Counted from the stretch's first letter, positions 17,069-33,570 are shown. The stretch: DNA of 64,000 nucleotides from Octopus vulgaris (GCA_951406725.2 OX597840.1:26536001-26600000), one strand, 5' to 3'. A program made the numbers and translations. The notes: a model not told the origin generated them from the letters alone.

Positions 17069-17860
17069 TATGGATGCGATGTGTAAAACGTAGCCATTTT
17101 ATAATTTTTATTTCGTGCATGAGCATTGTCTGTTTCTGATTTTGTCGACTACACAGTATTGTAGGGTCAGTTGAGCACCGTCTGTGAGAAAAACAGCACA
17201 CCACGACGCAATTCCCTCTGCCAGAAATTTGGAAACAACATACAGCACAGCCTGATATTCGCGTCGGAAGTTCCAGTACGAACATTTTTGAGTGTTTAAG
17301 TATCTATGTGGGGACAGTGGAATCAGGGGACATTTACCGAGAGGGATAAAAATCAAACATCCAGTCAACATCGTGGTCTTTGGGGGTGATCACTAGTGAT
17401 GGTGACGTTATGCCTTCATTCATCTTCCAACACGGCCTCACACTCAATTTCGGAGGTCTACAACAAGTGCTTAGAGGAGGTAGTGCTGCCCTGGGTGAAG
17501 AGGGTGGCTGCTGGAAGATCCTATGTCTGGCAACAGGACTCTGCCCCATGTTACACAAGCAAGGAACCTAATCATGACTGTCAGACAATTTCTGTGACAA
17601 CATCAACCCTAAAATCTGGCGAACTAACTCCTTAGACTGCAACCCCTTTGATTATTATGTGTGGGGTGCGGTTGAGTGAGAGACCAACAAAACTGCTTGT
17701 AACACTAAAGATGAACTGAAGAGAAGGATTATGGCAGCATTCAGCTTCTTAAACAAGGAATCCATACAGAAGAGTTGCAGGAGATTCCAAAGTTGTATGG
17801 AGGTCGCGGTTGGAGCCAATGGCGATTTTATTGAATTTACTCTTTAGTATTTCAAGATAT

Positions 17861-18623
17861 ATGGATTTAAAGAGAGTCAAAACTATTGAAAAGGTTGCAA
17901 GACGCAACGAAAATTTTAGGACAATAAAATAAGAAAAAAGTGGAAATTTTACCGGTGAGTGTGTTAAATAATAAGGCACAAAAAGAAAATGACTCTCCCC
18001 AGACACAACAGAATATGCTTCAACACACGAACTCATATATAGAATCTTGCAAACCAAATCCAAAAATAGATTTAAAGACTTTCATCAAAAGAAGTAATTT
18101 TTAATTTTTAATTTATCTTACAAAAAAAAAACACCATTTTATAGTTTTACTTCAAATTTAAAAAAAAAATCTATCATTCGATATGTTATACAGAATTCAA
18201 ATTTTATATCTCTGAAGAGCAGAAGCACTGTCTATAAATGCTTATCGATAAAGGATTTCATTATAGGGAAAATTCTTCTGTGAAACGATCGTAAGACGTT
18301 TTAAATAATTAATTCAAAACTTTTAAACTATCATACACATTATATATTTATACTCATACATATTTACATACATTTTATACATATTTATATTTATTCATTT
18401 ATACATTTTTAATACAACAATTATTTTTCACACATGTATATCTTTCTGGGGAGTTTTGATATTGATTTCCTAATATTAAGAATAATATATTATTTAAAAA
18501 AATATATATGTATATAATCGCTCGTATTAAATATATAAATACTTTAATAGTATTAATACTTTGATACAATTGAGCACTCAATATAAATTCAGTATATAAT
18601 ATTCTCATTGGATATAATTAACT
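17861..18623 (+). mobile_element. PLE fragment nested in the maT element
   Basis: Flanked by direct repeat AAGATAT (17854-17860 and 18624-18630); contains an HHR; its 3' end matches ~60440-60485. Confidence 0.65.
18209..18296 (+). ncRNA. Type I HHR with extended stem II
   Basis: TCT-CTGAAGA-GCAGAAG...CTTCTGT-GAAAC-GATC-GTA^-AGA. Confidence 0.8.
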
Positions 18624-18721
18624 AAGATATTTTTATGTAATTTTGGTAAAAATATCCGTTAAAATGAGATGTTAGCATTATTTTCATCTTTGCATAATTT
18701 AGATGACAATTTATTCACTGC

Positions 18722-18909
<188 letters not shown>

Positions 18910-19032
18910 AGTGTGTGTGTGCATGTATGTATGCATATGTGAATTTGTATGGATGTATTAACAATTTCAGTAGTAAAGCCGTTTTACCTAATGTCAACTG
19001 TTAGGACAGGAGATATACTACTACTGCTGCTG

Positions 19033-19107
<75 letters not shown>

Positions 19108-19304
19108 TTACTGTGTCTTGCTATGCTATGTGGAGAAGTGACGATTGATGAAAATTTAAGGGAGTAAGAACGGTAGGGCAATCTTTTGCAGGTTTCTAGT
19201 TTTGTCATGTAGGAGACCAAGCATGTAGTATGTAGATCGATAGATCAATCTATTGATTGATAGATAGTTAGGAAGGTAGGTCGACTGACTTAGATAGACT
19301 CCAA

Positions 19305-19690
<386 letters not shown>

Positions 19691-19990
19691 GACAGATGGG
19701 CAGACAGACAGAGTGACAGATAGATGGATGGATGGGTGGATAGATGAGTATGTGAAAGCATGTATATAGATATATCTATGTAGAGAGGGTGTACAAGTGT
19801 ATGCGCCTATCTACACCTATTTATATACATACATTTATTTGTGTATGTCTATGTATATACATGAATGTGTACAAACATGGACACACTGCGTGTATATACA
19901 TATATATACATACATATATGTATGTATATATATATATATATGTATGTATATATATATATGTATATATATATATGTATATATATATCTATC

Positions 19991-20021
<31 letters not shown>

Positions 20022-20038
20022 GTATATATATATATGTA

Positions 20039-20082
<44 letters not shown>

Positions 20083-20345
20083 CACACGCACACGTACATA
20101 TATATGTATATATAGACACATGTATGTATGTAAGTATTTATGTATATACTTATATATGTATGTAAGGCTTATAGATAGATGAATAGATGCAGATGCATAC
20201 ACATATATGCACATACCTACGTTCATACATACGTACATGCAAACACATAAATATGCATGCATATATTTATATATATACCTAAATATATATACATACATAT
20301 TTATGTATATATATATGTATGTATATGTGTATATTTGTATGTGTG

Positions 20346-20414
<69 letters not shown>

Positions 20415-20479
20415 GTATATGTGTATATTTGTATGTGTGTATATATATATATATATTTATGCATATATATATATATTTA

Positions 20480-20525
<46 letters not shown>

Positions 20526-20624
20526 CATATATTTACATATACATACATATATATATGTATATGTGTATATATGTATATATATGTATGTGCATATAAATAT
20601 GTATGTATATACATACATACATGT

Positions 20625-20657
<33 letters not shown>

Positions 20658-21210
20658 TAGATACACACACACACACATACACATATATACACACACACAC
20701 AAAATCTATGCGTTCCCTTCATAGAGGTGGTGGCTTAAGCCTTGTACGCAAGAGAGTCTGTTTCGGTTGCCACGCCCATCTTCTTCCCCGCCCATTCTCT
20801 TCCCGTTCTCTCTTGCCTGGCAAATCTCCTGGTTTTGCACTTTTTCTCTGACGCCCAGAATTTCGCAATTCCAGCTTCAACACAACACGCCCGCGCCTAT
20901 ACAACCATGTACACACGCCCGCGCATACATACTAGCATCAATACATACGCACACACACACACACACACACACACAGAGGAACGCATACATGCATACATAG
21001 GCACAAAAATACATACATATATATATATATATACGTACGTACATATATAAATAAATGCATTCAGAGGTTACATACATACACGCACATACACACATGGTCA
21101 CGCATGTGCACACCTACATACACATACGTACACACACATGAGCGCACACACACACACGCAAACGCTCGCACACACTCTTATACTCACATACACACACATA
21201 CACACACACT

Positions 21211-21251
<41 letters not shown>

Positions 21252-21844
21252 TAAATACATAGAAATATACATATATATGTATGTATATATATATGTATAT
21301 ATGCATTTATACACACATACACACATGCATACCTACAGATATACAAACATACATATATACATACACATATATACAAACATACATATATACATACACATAT
21401 ATACAAACATACATATATACATACACATATACACACACATATATATATATATATACATACATACACACATGCATACCTACATACATATAATACACGCATA
21501 CACACACACACACACAGATACACACACGCACACACAGACACATGCACACACATACACCTGTCATATGCACATGGAGCGAGTGAACGAGGGAGGCTGCATG
21601 ACCTCCCGAGATGCTAGAAATAGAAACCAAATCCCTTCCAATTATCACCTAGCGTCGAAGGATGGACACACACCGCGTGATAATAGCGTTACATAATGCT
21701 ATACAGAAGGGGTGGTCCCGGTTAGAGGTTCTTTAACCATAAGTTTTAGCGATCAGAGCTGACTGGCAGAGAAACACCCACAAAACATCGCCATCCATAC
21801 ATATACCCTCTCACACTCATAAATATATACACATACAGACTCAC

Positions 21845-22052
21845 AAACACACATACATACATACACACACACATACATACATACATACAAACATACATAC
21901 ATACATACATACATACATACATACATACATACATACATACATACATACATACATACATACATGCATACATACGTACATACATACATACATACATACATAC
22001 ATACATACATGCATACATACGTACATACATACATACATACATAAATACATAA

Positions 22053-22083
<31 letters not shown>

Positions 22084-22130
22084 CATGCATACATACATAC
22101 ATACATACATACATACATACATACATACAT

Positions 22131-22161
<31 letters not shown>

Positions 22162-22924
22162 TACATACATACATACATACATACATACATACATACACAT
22201 ACATACATGCATACATACATACATACATACATACATACATACATACATACATACATACATACATACATACATACATACATACATACATACATACATACAT
22301 ACATACATACATACATACATACATACATACATACATACATACATACATACATACATACATACATACATACATACATACATACATACATACATACATACAT
22401 GCATACATACACATACACACACACACATACATACACATACACACACATACATACATACATACATACATACATACATACATACATACATACATACATACAC
22501 ACACATACATACACACATACACACACACACATACATACACACACACATACATACATACATACATACATACATACATACATACATACATACATACATACAT
22601 ACATACATACATACATACATACACACATACATACATACATACATACATACATACATACACACACACATACATACATACATACATACATACACACATACAT
22701 ACACACATACACACACACACATACATACATACACACACACACACACATACATACATACATACATACATACACACATACACATACATACATACATACATAC
22801 ATACACACACATACATACATACATACATACATACACACATACATACATACATACACACATACACACATACATACATACATACATACATACATACATACAT
22901 ACATACATACATACATACATACAT

Positions 22925-22962
<38 letters not shown>
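21845..22962. repeat. ~1.1-kb (CATA)n/(CA)n microsatellite
   Basis: Direct reading. Confidence 0.95.
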
Positions 22963-22984
22963 GTGAATATGTCTTTTTCTCGTT

Positions 22985-23286
22985 TACCCTTCGCTTGTTG
23001 CAGTCATTATATTGCGGCCATGCTGGGGCACCGCTTTTTAGAATTATTAGTCGAATGAATCGACTCCCAAGACATTGTGGGGGTTTTTTTTTTCCCTTTT
23101 TCATTTTTCTTTCTTTTTAAGCTTAGCAGTTTTTTTTATCGGTCCCTTTAGCCGAACCGTTGATTTACGAGGATGTAAACACACTAACATCGGTTATCAA
23201 GCAGTGGTACGGGACAAACACAGACACAAACACACACACATGCACGCACAGATACTGAAACAAGTAAAAGAGAAAACAGAGAGAGA

Positions 23287-23382
<96 letters not shown>

Positions 23383-23531
23383 GAGGGATTCTTTCAGTTT
23401 CCGTCTACCAAATCCACTCACAAGGCTTTGGTCAGCCCGAGGCTATAGTAGAAGACACTTGCCCAAGGTGCCACGCAGTGGGACTGAACCCGGAACCATG
23501 TGGTTGATAAGCAAACTACTTACCGCACAGT
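22985..23531 (-). mobile_element. SINE family A (diverged tail plus head)
   Basis: GCGGCCATGCTGGGGCACCGC tail motif; head at 23382-23531. Confidence 0.75.
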
Positions 23532-23755
23532 CATGTATGTATATATATATGTATGTATGTATGTATGTATATAAATTTATAATGACGGTGAGAAATTAGA
23601 TATTAATTTAATTAACATCGATTTCACACCAGTGGTCTAGCATATAAAAAAAACTGAAGGTTCAGTAAAATAGTATTATATACATATTAGCGGTTTCCCT
23701 CTAATATGTATATATATATATAATTAAAATAAACAACAAGGATATCCAGAGGTAA

Positions 23756-23842
23756 TGCAGTACGATCGTTACATGCGACTCCATTTAATTGAACAATGCA
23801 ATCATTACGTCAATTTAAAATGTAGAGCAATCTTCAGCTGCA
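23756..23842 (-). ncRNA. Type I HHR with one core substitution (GAAA to GTAA)
   Basis: Minus strand: TGCAG-CTGAAGA-TTGCTC...GAGTCGCAT-GTAAC-GATC-GTA^-CTGCA. Confidence 0.7.
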
Positions 23843-23973
23843 CAAAAATATAGAATTTTAATTAAATTTGAAGGACACATTAGTATAATTTTACCCCAAA
23901 CCCCCAGAGGATTATATATATATATATATATATATATACATACATACATATATATATATATATACATACATAC

Positions 23974-24106
<133 letters not shown>

Positions 24107-24176
24107 CATATATATATACATACATAGATATATATATATATATATATATATATAATACATACATATATATATATAC

Positions 24177-24237
<61 letters not shown>

Positions 24238-24321
24238 CATATATATATATACATACATATATATATACATACATACATATATATATACATATATATATAC
24301 ATACATACATACATACATACA

Positions 24322-24357
<36 letters not shown>

Positions 24358-24383
24358 TATACATACATATATATATACATATA

Positions 24384-24435
<52 letters not shown>

Positions 24436-24612
24436 TTAGAGACAAAACCACTATATATATATATATATATATATATAAGATCAGCAAACAATTTAGATTC
24501 AAATGAATATGGTACTTAATCTAGATGCACCAGAATTTTTTATGGTGTTACCCATAAAAATATGCGGGGTGATTATAATAAAAAAATAAGCAGCAAGAAT
24601 GAATCCGGTAAT

Positions 24613-24698
24613 TTAGAACAATTGTTTCATACTACAACATTTTATTAAAAGCTGTAAATATTACAGCAGATTTAATATGTCGAGTAATCTTCAGCTAA
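24613..24698 (-). ncRNA. Type I HHR with extended stem II
   Basis: Minus strand: TTAG-CTGAAGA-TTACT...GCTGTAA/TTACAGC...AGTAT-GAAAC-AATT-GTT^-CTAA. Confidence 0.75.
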
Positions 24699-24863
24699 TT
24701 TTATATAGGTTTTCCTATAATATAAAAGTTTTCAAATCAATTAATAACATCTTAGGGAAGGTAAATATACAGATAAAGATGTAGATATGAATCTTAGGAA
24801 CATAAGGTCGTGTGGTTCAGATGCCAACTCAATTTGTATATATATATATATATATATATATAT

Positions 24864-25255
24864 TCTTTTACTCTTTTACTCTTTTACTTGTTTCAGTCAT
24901 TTGACTGCGGCCATGCTGGAGAACCGCCTTTAGTCGAGCAAATCGACCCCGGGACTTATTCTTTGTAAGCCCAGTACTTATTCTATCGGTCTGCTGTGCC
25001 GAAGCGCTAAGTGACGGGGACATAAACACACCAGCATCGGTTGTCAAGCAATGCTAGGGGGACAAACACAGACACACACATACACACACATATACGACGG
25101 GCTTCTTTCAGTTTCCGTCTACCAAATCCACTCACAAGGCATTGGTCGGCCCGGGGCTATAGCAGAAGACACTTGCCCAAGATGCCACGCAGTGGGACTG
25201 AACCCTGAGCCATGTGGTTGGTTAGCAAGCTACTTACCACACAGCCACTCCTGCG

Positions 25256-25258
<3 letters not shown>
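24864..25258 (-). mobile_element. SINE family A, full length
   Basis: Reverse complement of the 9828-10230 type; flanked by (TA)n. Confidence 0.9.
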
Positions 25259-25344
<86 letters not shown>

Positions 25345-25701
25345 ATACATGATTGATTGATTGATTGATTCTAGTTTCAGCTCATGAGCTGTGGCCATGC
25401 TGGAGCACCGCCATTTATATATATATATATATATGTATATATAATGCTAGTTGTTATGTTTATGTTTAGTTGTAATGGAAACAATTTTACATTAATCTGA
25501 CGGGTTAGTCTAAACTTTTGTAGAGTACAAATTTAATATTCTTAAAGAAGATTGTTGTTGGTAGTAACCTCGAAGTTTTGGTCAACTTAGCCATCGTTGA
25601 ACTGTGTGCGCGCGCGCGCGCGAGTAACCGTGATGGATGATGAAGTATATCAAGTTTTGAAGAAACTAGAAGAGAGAAAGATGCTTCACAAGGTTCACAA
25701 T

Positions 25702-26118
25702 GGCGCAGGAGTGGCTGTGTGGTAAGTAGCTTGCTTACAAACCACATGGTTCCGGGTTCAGTCCCACTGCGTGACACCTTGGGCAAGTGTCTTCTACTAT
25801 AGCCCCGGGCCGACCAATGCCTTGTGAGTGGATTTGGTAGACGGAAACTGAAAGAAGCCCGTTGTATATATGTATATATATACATATATGCGTGTGTGTG
25901 TGTGTGTGTGTGTCTGTGTTTGTCCCCTAGCATTGCTTGACAACCGATGCTGGTATGTTTACGTCGCCGTCACTTAGCGGTTCGGCAAAAGAGACCGATA
26001 GAATAAGTACTGGGCTTACAAAAGAATAAGTCCCGACGTCGATTTGTTCGACTAAAGGCGGTGCTCCAGATTGGCCGCAGTCAACTGACTGAAACAAGTG
26101 TAAAAGAGTGAAAAGAGA
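25702..26118 (+). mobile_element. SINE family A, full length
   Basis: Head and tail as above. Confidence 0.9.
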
Positions 26119-26771
26119 GTATGGTTACAACGGCCATTGATGGAGAAAAAGCCAGAGCTGGAAGTACGAACAGAGTTCAGTTCCAAGTGTATATTGTTTA
26201 GATGAAGTGGTTACAGGTGCCTATGTTGTGTTCTAGTGTGTTCTGTTGATTGGATGGATGACGCTGTGGAACAAAACAAAGGGGGGTTTTCCTGGGAAAA
26301 GAAATCCAGGACATTTCATGATTGCATCAGCATTACACGACACAGCTGACGGGAGCCCAAACGTCGCTAAGTATGGAGACGTTTGTGACGTTTCGACTTG
26401 TAATCGGCTGAAGAGAGGAGCGGTCTGTAATGAAAGGTTGTGAGAGAGGGCTTCATTTTCTAGAATATGCAATTCCGTAGAGCGGATAATATTGCAGAAA
26501 ACACAAAGTACCAGTTGAGTACTGGGGTTGGTGTTATCAATTTACTGCTTCCTCCAAACTTCCTGGCCTTGTGCCAAAATGCTAGAGAAAAACATTCACA
26601 AACCATTCATAACTGAAGATACGTTACGAGGATTATTGCTACTCTAATCTGCAAAAATGGTAATCTCCATCTTTGGCATTGATCCTGAGAATTGAGAACT
26701 TCCTTTCCACTCATTCACATATATTCGCCACATGCCTCAAGGTCATAGCAGATGTAGAAATATCTCGTGGA

Positions 26772-26987
26772 AGGCGGCGAGCTGGCAGAAACGTTAGCAC
26801 GCCGGGCGAAATGCTTAGCGGTATTTCGTCTGTCTTTACATTCTGAGTTCAAATTTCGCCGAGGTCGACTTTGCCTTTCATCCTTTCGGGGTCGATGTAA
26901 TCGACTTAATCCGTTTGTCTGTCCTTGTTTGTCCCCTCTGTGTGTAGCCCCTTGTGGGTAGTAAAGAAATAAAAAAGAAAAAAGAAG
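26772..26987 (+). mobile_element. Meta-domain-like SINE with TSD
   Basis: 11-bp TSD TATCTCGTGGA at 26761-26771 and 26988-26998; A-rich tail. Confidence 0.85.
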
Positions 26988-27175
26988 TATCTCGTGGAGA
27001 TGGGGACTAACCGGGACACAGCTCGGAGCGTTGCCCGAGACTGAACCCAAGCAAATACCGACAAATGATAGGTGCAACGACTCGCTGCAACGGTACCTGC
27101 CTCTGCCCCTGATCCGACCTGTCTATATTAAAACCCAACGACCAGAATCACTGTTCGGTTCCCCATCATTCAAGC

Positions 27176-27398
27176 GGACAACGAAAAACCTGGCTGATGA
27201 CAGTCAAGGCTGATCTGGAACCCAACCTAGGTCCCCATATCTACAGCGTTCGCCGCTGGAATAAGGAGTGGTTGGAGATCACGCGGTCGCTAGCCTCAAA
27301 TCGCCAGGTGTGGTCGGCGTTTCTGAGAGATGCAGCACTGAGGATGAATGAAGCCAGCTCAACCCACCCCGGGTGAATGCTGTCAAGTCAAGTCAAGG
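27176..27398 (+). mobile_element. 5'-truncated RTE-clade LINE 3' end
   Basis: GQRKTWLMTVKADLEPNLGPHIYSVRRWNKEWLEITRSLASNRQVWSAFLRDA...THPG*; (CAAGT)n tail; 12-bp TSD CATCATTCAAGC (27164-27175 and 27399-27410). Confidence 0.8.
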
Positions 27399-27554
27399 CA
27401 TCATTCAAGCAACCCCGACCAATCCGTTAGTCCTATGCATTCAATCCCAAACCAATTCCATCTACCCCAAACTGAACGCTACAGAATAATTCTTAATTAT
27501 TCAAAATTATTAGAAATGAAGGCATAGCAACAAAATGTTTAAAGTAAAGTATAA

Positions 27555-27930
27555 GAGTGGCTGTGTGGTAAGTAGCTTGCTTACCAACCACATGGTTCCG
27601 GGTTCAGTCTCACTGTGTGGCACCCTGGGCAAGTGTCTTCTACTATAGCCTCGGGCCGACCAATGCCTTGTGAGTGGATTTGGTAGACGGAAACTGAAAG
27701 AAGCCCGTCGTATATGTGTGTGTATGTGTATGTGTGTGTGTGTACGTGTCTGTGTTTGTCCCCCCCCCCCCCACCGCCACTTGACAACCGATGGTGGCGT
27801 GTCTACGTCCCCGTCACTTAGCGGTTCGGCAAATGAGACCGATAAAATAAGTACTAGGCTTACAAAGAATAAGTCCAGGGGTCGATTTGTTCGACTAAAA
27901 GGCGGTGCTGCAGCATGGCCGCAGTCATTA
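27555..27930 (+). mobile_element. SINE family A
   Basis: Head plus tail lacking the terminal repeats. Confidence 0.85.
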
Positions 27931-28061
27931 AGACCCAAGTTACCCCACCCCAGTGGCTGAAAAAATTGGGAGATGTATATCAAAAAAGATGCATGGGTTT
28001 GTAAGAGGAATGAATCTTGTGTTGCACACGTGATACACAGAACAAGCAAAAGGTTAAAAAC

Positions 28062-28155
28062 TGGATATCCCGGAAAATTCAGATATCCGGAAAATTCAGT
28101 TATCCGGAAAAATTCAGATATCCGGCAACCTTCCGGTTCCTGTGGTGCCGGATAG
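28062..28155. repeat. Three ~20-bp tandem repeats (GATATCCGGAAAATTCA), possibly a MITE subterminal remnant
   Basis: The repeat is read directly; the MITE interpretation is inference. Confidence 0.6.
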
Positions 28156-28648
28156 AAAGGATTATGTACTTAGTTTGATGTAAATAACTATAACTTCACC
28201 ACCACCACCACCACCGCCACCACCGCCGCCGCCACCAATGCTGGTGCTCCAGCTCGGCCACCCTCCAATGCCTAAAACCAGCAAAAGGCCAATCAAATTT
28301 AATTATAATTAAACGCGAGGTTAGTTAGTTCCCGTCCAGTTTTACTTCGTTTTTCATAAAAGGTGGGGGTGGGCTCGGGTGGAATGGAGTGGCGTGGCGG
28401 CGAGTCTAACCTAAGTAACTCAGTTACTCATCTTAAAGGAAAATGTATTTACCAATTAAAGCGATCACTTGCTTCGTTATTAGATTAATAATCAACAATT
28501 TTTAATTGATGCTTTAATTTAATTGAGCTGCTTTTTATTTTTTTCTTTCTTTGCACCTATCAACACACTTGGAATTATTTACCGCCTTAAAGTACAACCA
28601 TCGCATTCCTTCTCTCCTTCCTTCTTTCCTTCCTTTCTTTCCTTCTTC

Positions 28649-28705
<57 letters not shown>

Positions 28706-28868
28706 TTTCTTTCTTTTCGTTCTAACTCTTCGTCTTCTTTTCTTTCTCTCTCTCTCTCCCTCTCTCTTTCTGTTCAGATATGTGTGTGTGTATGTAAATG
28801 TGTGGGTGTCTGTCTGTCTCTCAATCTATATATATATTTATACACACACACATATCTATATACATACT

Positions 28869-28926
<58 letters not shown>

Positions 28927-29042
28927 AATAAATATATATATAGAGATAGATAGATAGATAGGTAGGTAGGTATATATATATATATATATAGATAGATAGA
29001 TAGATATATATATATAAATATATCTATCTATCTATCTATCTA

Positions 29043-29148
<106 letters not shown>

Positions 29149-29561
29149 TACATATATACACACACACACAGACACACACATATATGTAAGTAGGTAGATT
29201 GCTGCTAAAAGTATTGAAATGAATAAATCAAATCGAACGGCGAACAAATTAAATGCCATTATTTCCAGCATCGACACTCATTCAGGGAATAAAATCACAG
29301 GTGAAGTTCCGTCCGCTTGTCCTAATTCATCTGGAAACATATGAAGCGTGTATAGGTACATATTCCAATAATATAAAGCATCGTCAACAAAAGCCCACCG
29401 TGCTTCGTTCGATACTGAAAGCTCCATATTAAGACAGCCAATGACATCATTTAACAGGATGTATGATATATTGTCGATGTGTCGGCATGGGAAGAAGTTT
29501 CTTGAATAGAGCTTACATACTCCCGAAGACTCAAACCTCAAGACAAATGATTTCAACAATA

Positions 29562-30053
<492 letters not shown>

Positions 30054-30427
30054 AAGCATTGCCAAGTAGCTGCCCCTTGAGGGTTATCCGCGTCTATGTC
30101 GGGTACTATTGGCAATTCGGCCAACAAAAGCCATGCGTGCTCTAACTCGAGTAACGACAATCAGCCGATGTGGTGAGTCGACAGTTTTATTCAAGCGCCA
30201 AATGTTACCCGTTTGTTCGTGTGAGAAAATCTTAGCGGCCATAAAATTCCAAATAAAGAAAAAAAAAAAAAAAAACTCTAGACTATGTATTACTCACTCA
30301 GGTACGGTATGTGAGAATGTAAGTGTATATGTATGTGAGTGCGTATGTGTGTTGGTGTGTGTATGTGTATATATATGTGTGTGAGAGTGTATGTATATAT
30401 AATACACACATATATATATATATATAT

Positions 30428-30555
<128 letters not shown>

Positions 30556-30692
30556 TTTGGTTTATGTCTATCACTGTTTGAATTGCATAATAGTGTTTTT
30601 TTCTCTAATTTATATATATTATATATTTATATTCTGAAATTTGATTTAATACTAAATTGAATTTTACCCTGTAAGTTTGGAGTTATACTCCC

Positions 30693-30732
<40 letters not shown>

Positions 30733-30933
30733 GTAATATATATATATATATATATATATAATTTCAACAATTGAGGGTAAAATTAATTAATTATTAATCA
30801 ACTTCACCAAGTATTCAGTATGTAAAGGGACCATTTAAGGCGAATTCAAATTATTACATTAACTACTATTTCTAATGAGTTCAGTATGTGGCAAAGTAAT
30901 TTATTTTACTAAGCCCTTTTATATAATGTAATA

Positions 30934-31043
<110 letters not shown>

Positions 31044-31059
31044 GTGTGTGCTCGCGGGT

Positions 31060-31212
31060 GTGTCTGTGGTAAGTAGCTTGTTTCCCAACCACATGGTTCC
31101 GGGTTCAGTCCCACTGCTTGGCACCTTGGGCAAGTGTCTTCTACTATAGCCTCGGGCCGACCAAAGCCTCGTGAGCAGATTTGGTAGACGGAAACTGAAG
31201 GAAGCCCGTCGT
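31060..31212 (+). mobile_element. SINE family A head
   Basis: Matches the other heads. Confidence 0.8.
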
Positions 31213-31966
31213 ATATACGCGTATAAATAGTTTTGTGCTTGTGTGTGTGTGATTCTGCGTGTGTGTGTGCGTGTGTGTGTGTGTGTGTGTGCGTGTGTGC
31301 GTGTGTGTTTGCGTGTGTGTGTGTGTGTGCGTGTGTGTGTGTGTATGTTCGCATGCGTAGATTATTCAATTGAACCGGATCCCTCGTGTCGTCACGCGTA
31401 ATTTCGCCTCCTTGAACAAGCGCCATCTGTACAAAGTTCGATTCAACGAAATCCTTGAATGAAATACAAAAGGCGGAAATTATAAGACAAATCACATGAT
31501 CTCTCTCTTTCTCTCTCACCACTCTCTCCCTCCCTCCTCACTTTTCTCTGTCTTTCTCTCTCTCTCTCTCTCTCATACACTGATACATACATATAACTAA
31601 AAAATAGATCGATCGATCGATAGAAAGAAAGAAAGATAGATAAATGGATGGATAGAATGACATATATATTTACATATCCACACATACACAGATATATATG
31701 TATATTTATATATGTATGTATGCATGTATGTATGTATGTATGTATGTATGTATGTATGTATGTATGTATGTATGTATGTATGTATGTATGCATGTGTGTA
31801 TGTATGTATGCATGTATGTATGTATGTATGTATGTATGTATGTATGTATGTATGTATGTATGTATGTATGTATGTATGTATGTATGTATGTATGTATGTA
31901 TGTATGTATGTATGTATGTATGTATGTATGTATATATATATATATATATGTATGTATGCATGTATG

Positions 31967-32004
<38 letters not shown>

Positions 32005-32140
32005 CATGTATGTATATAAGAATTTTTTGCGAAATAAGATTAAAAAAACCCCCAAAGCTGTGTAGATATTAGAGCATTTATAGATGCTGTTTCTAGGATA
32101 ATTATTAATTATATCCCTTCATCGGAGACGGTGTGAGAAG

Positions 32141-32278
<138 letters not shown>

Positions 32279-32321
32279 TATACATATATCCCAAGATTAG
32301 GAAGTGGAGTAGATAAAATCC

Positions 32322-32407
32322 AGCTACATATGTTTCGTAGCTAAGCGGATCCTCGAAAGTAGTATATTATCTAAATGACGGATAAACTGCAAGCAACTCT
32401 TCAAGCC
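32322..32407 (-). ncRNA. HHR motif (C3U core) within inverted repeat ~32290-32560
   Basis: Minus strand: GGC-TTGAAGA-GTTGCT...AGCTAC-GAAAC-ATAT-GTA^-GCT; opposite-strand half copy at ~32512-32530. Confidence 0.6.
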
Positions 32408-32668
32408 AAGGGTACCTTGATTATCTGATGTTTATTTTATCGTTAGGAGATCCCATTGGGGATTTGTTGGGGATTCACTGGGGATAATTTACTACTTTCG
32501 AGGTTCCGAGAGCTATGAAACATATGTAGGCTGGATTTTATCCCCTCCATTCCCTATATTTTGGATGTTTATTCGCATATACAACAACTCCTGTTGCTAA
32601 CCCTGAACTATAAAATTAAGTTTTTTCAGCTTATCGTACTATGATACGACAAAAAAAAATTCACAACA

Positions 32669-33060
32669 GGCGTAGGAGTGGCTGTGTGGTAAGTAGCTTG
32701 TTTACCAACTACATGGTTACGGGTTCAGTGTCTTCTACTATAGCCTCGGGCCGACCAAAGCCCTGTGAGTAGATTTGGTAGACGGAAACTGAAAGAAGCC
32801 CGTCGTGTGTATATATATATGTTTGTGTGTGTATGGTTGTGTGTCTGTGTTTGTCTCCCCCCCACCAGCATCACTTGACAACCGATGCTAGTATGTTTAC
32901 GTTCCCCGTAACTTAGCGGTTCGGCAAAAGAGACCCGATAGAATAAGTACTAAGCTTACAAAGAATAAGTCCTGGGGGTCGATTTGCTCGGACTGAAGGC
33001 GGTGCTCCAGCATGGCCACAGTCAAATGACTGAAACAAGTAAAAGGGAGCAAAAGAGTAA
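32669..33060 (+). mobile_element. SINE family A with small internal deletion
   Basis: Head and tail conserved. Confidence 0.85.
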
Positions 33061-33492
33061 CCTTCTGCGCTAATGAAACGTTGACACTTAGTGCGCATGC
33101 GCAACATAGTCCAAGGTCAATCTGGGCCAAGCAGCTTCACTCTCTGTGATTTAGCTTCGTTACTATGGCATCAGTCCGGATACTTATTGATCAGACCACG
33201 TTGAATTAAAAATTTTTTTTTTTTTTATGTTATACGCAGAAAGCCACCAACACAGTGACACAGCTGTTACCAGATGCAATGACCTATCTTCTATGACATC
33301 AACGGAATTTCTCAACTTGAATTCAACGTCCCAGATTCCTGTTTGGAAAGAGGAAACACAATTTTTACTGACAGGAAACTCGATCAAGGACGGACGTTTT
33401 CCTCCAAATCCGCAACGTACTTATTAACAAAATAATCTTTTTATTCATCGTTACTTTCTCTCTCTGTCCCTCTCTCTCTCACACACACTCTC

Positions 33493-33570
<78 letters not shown>

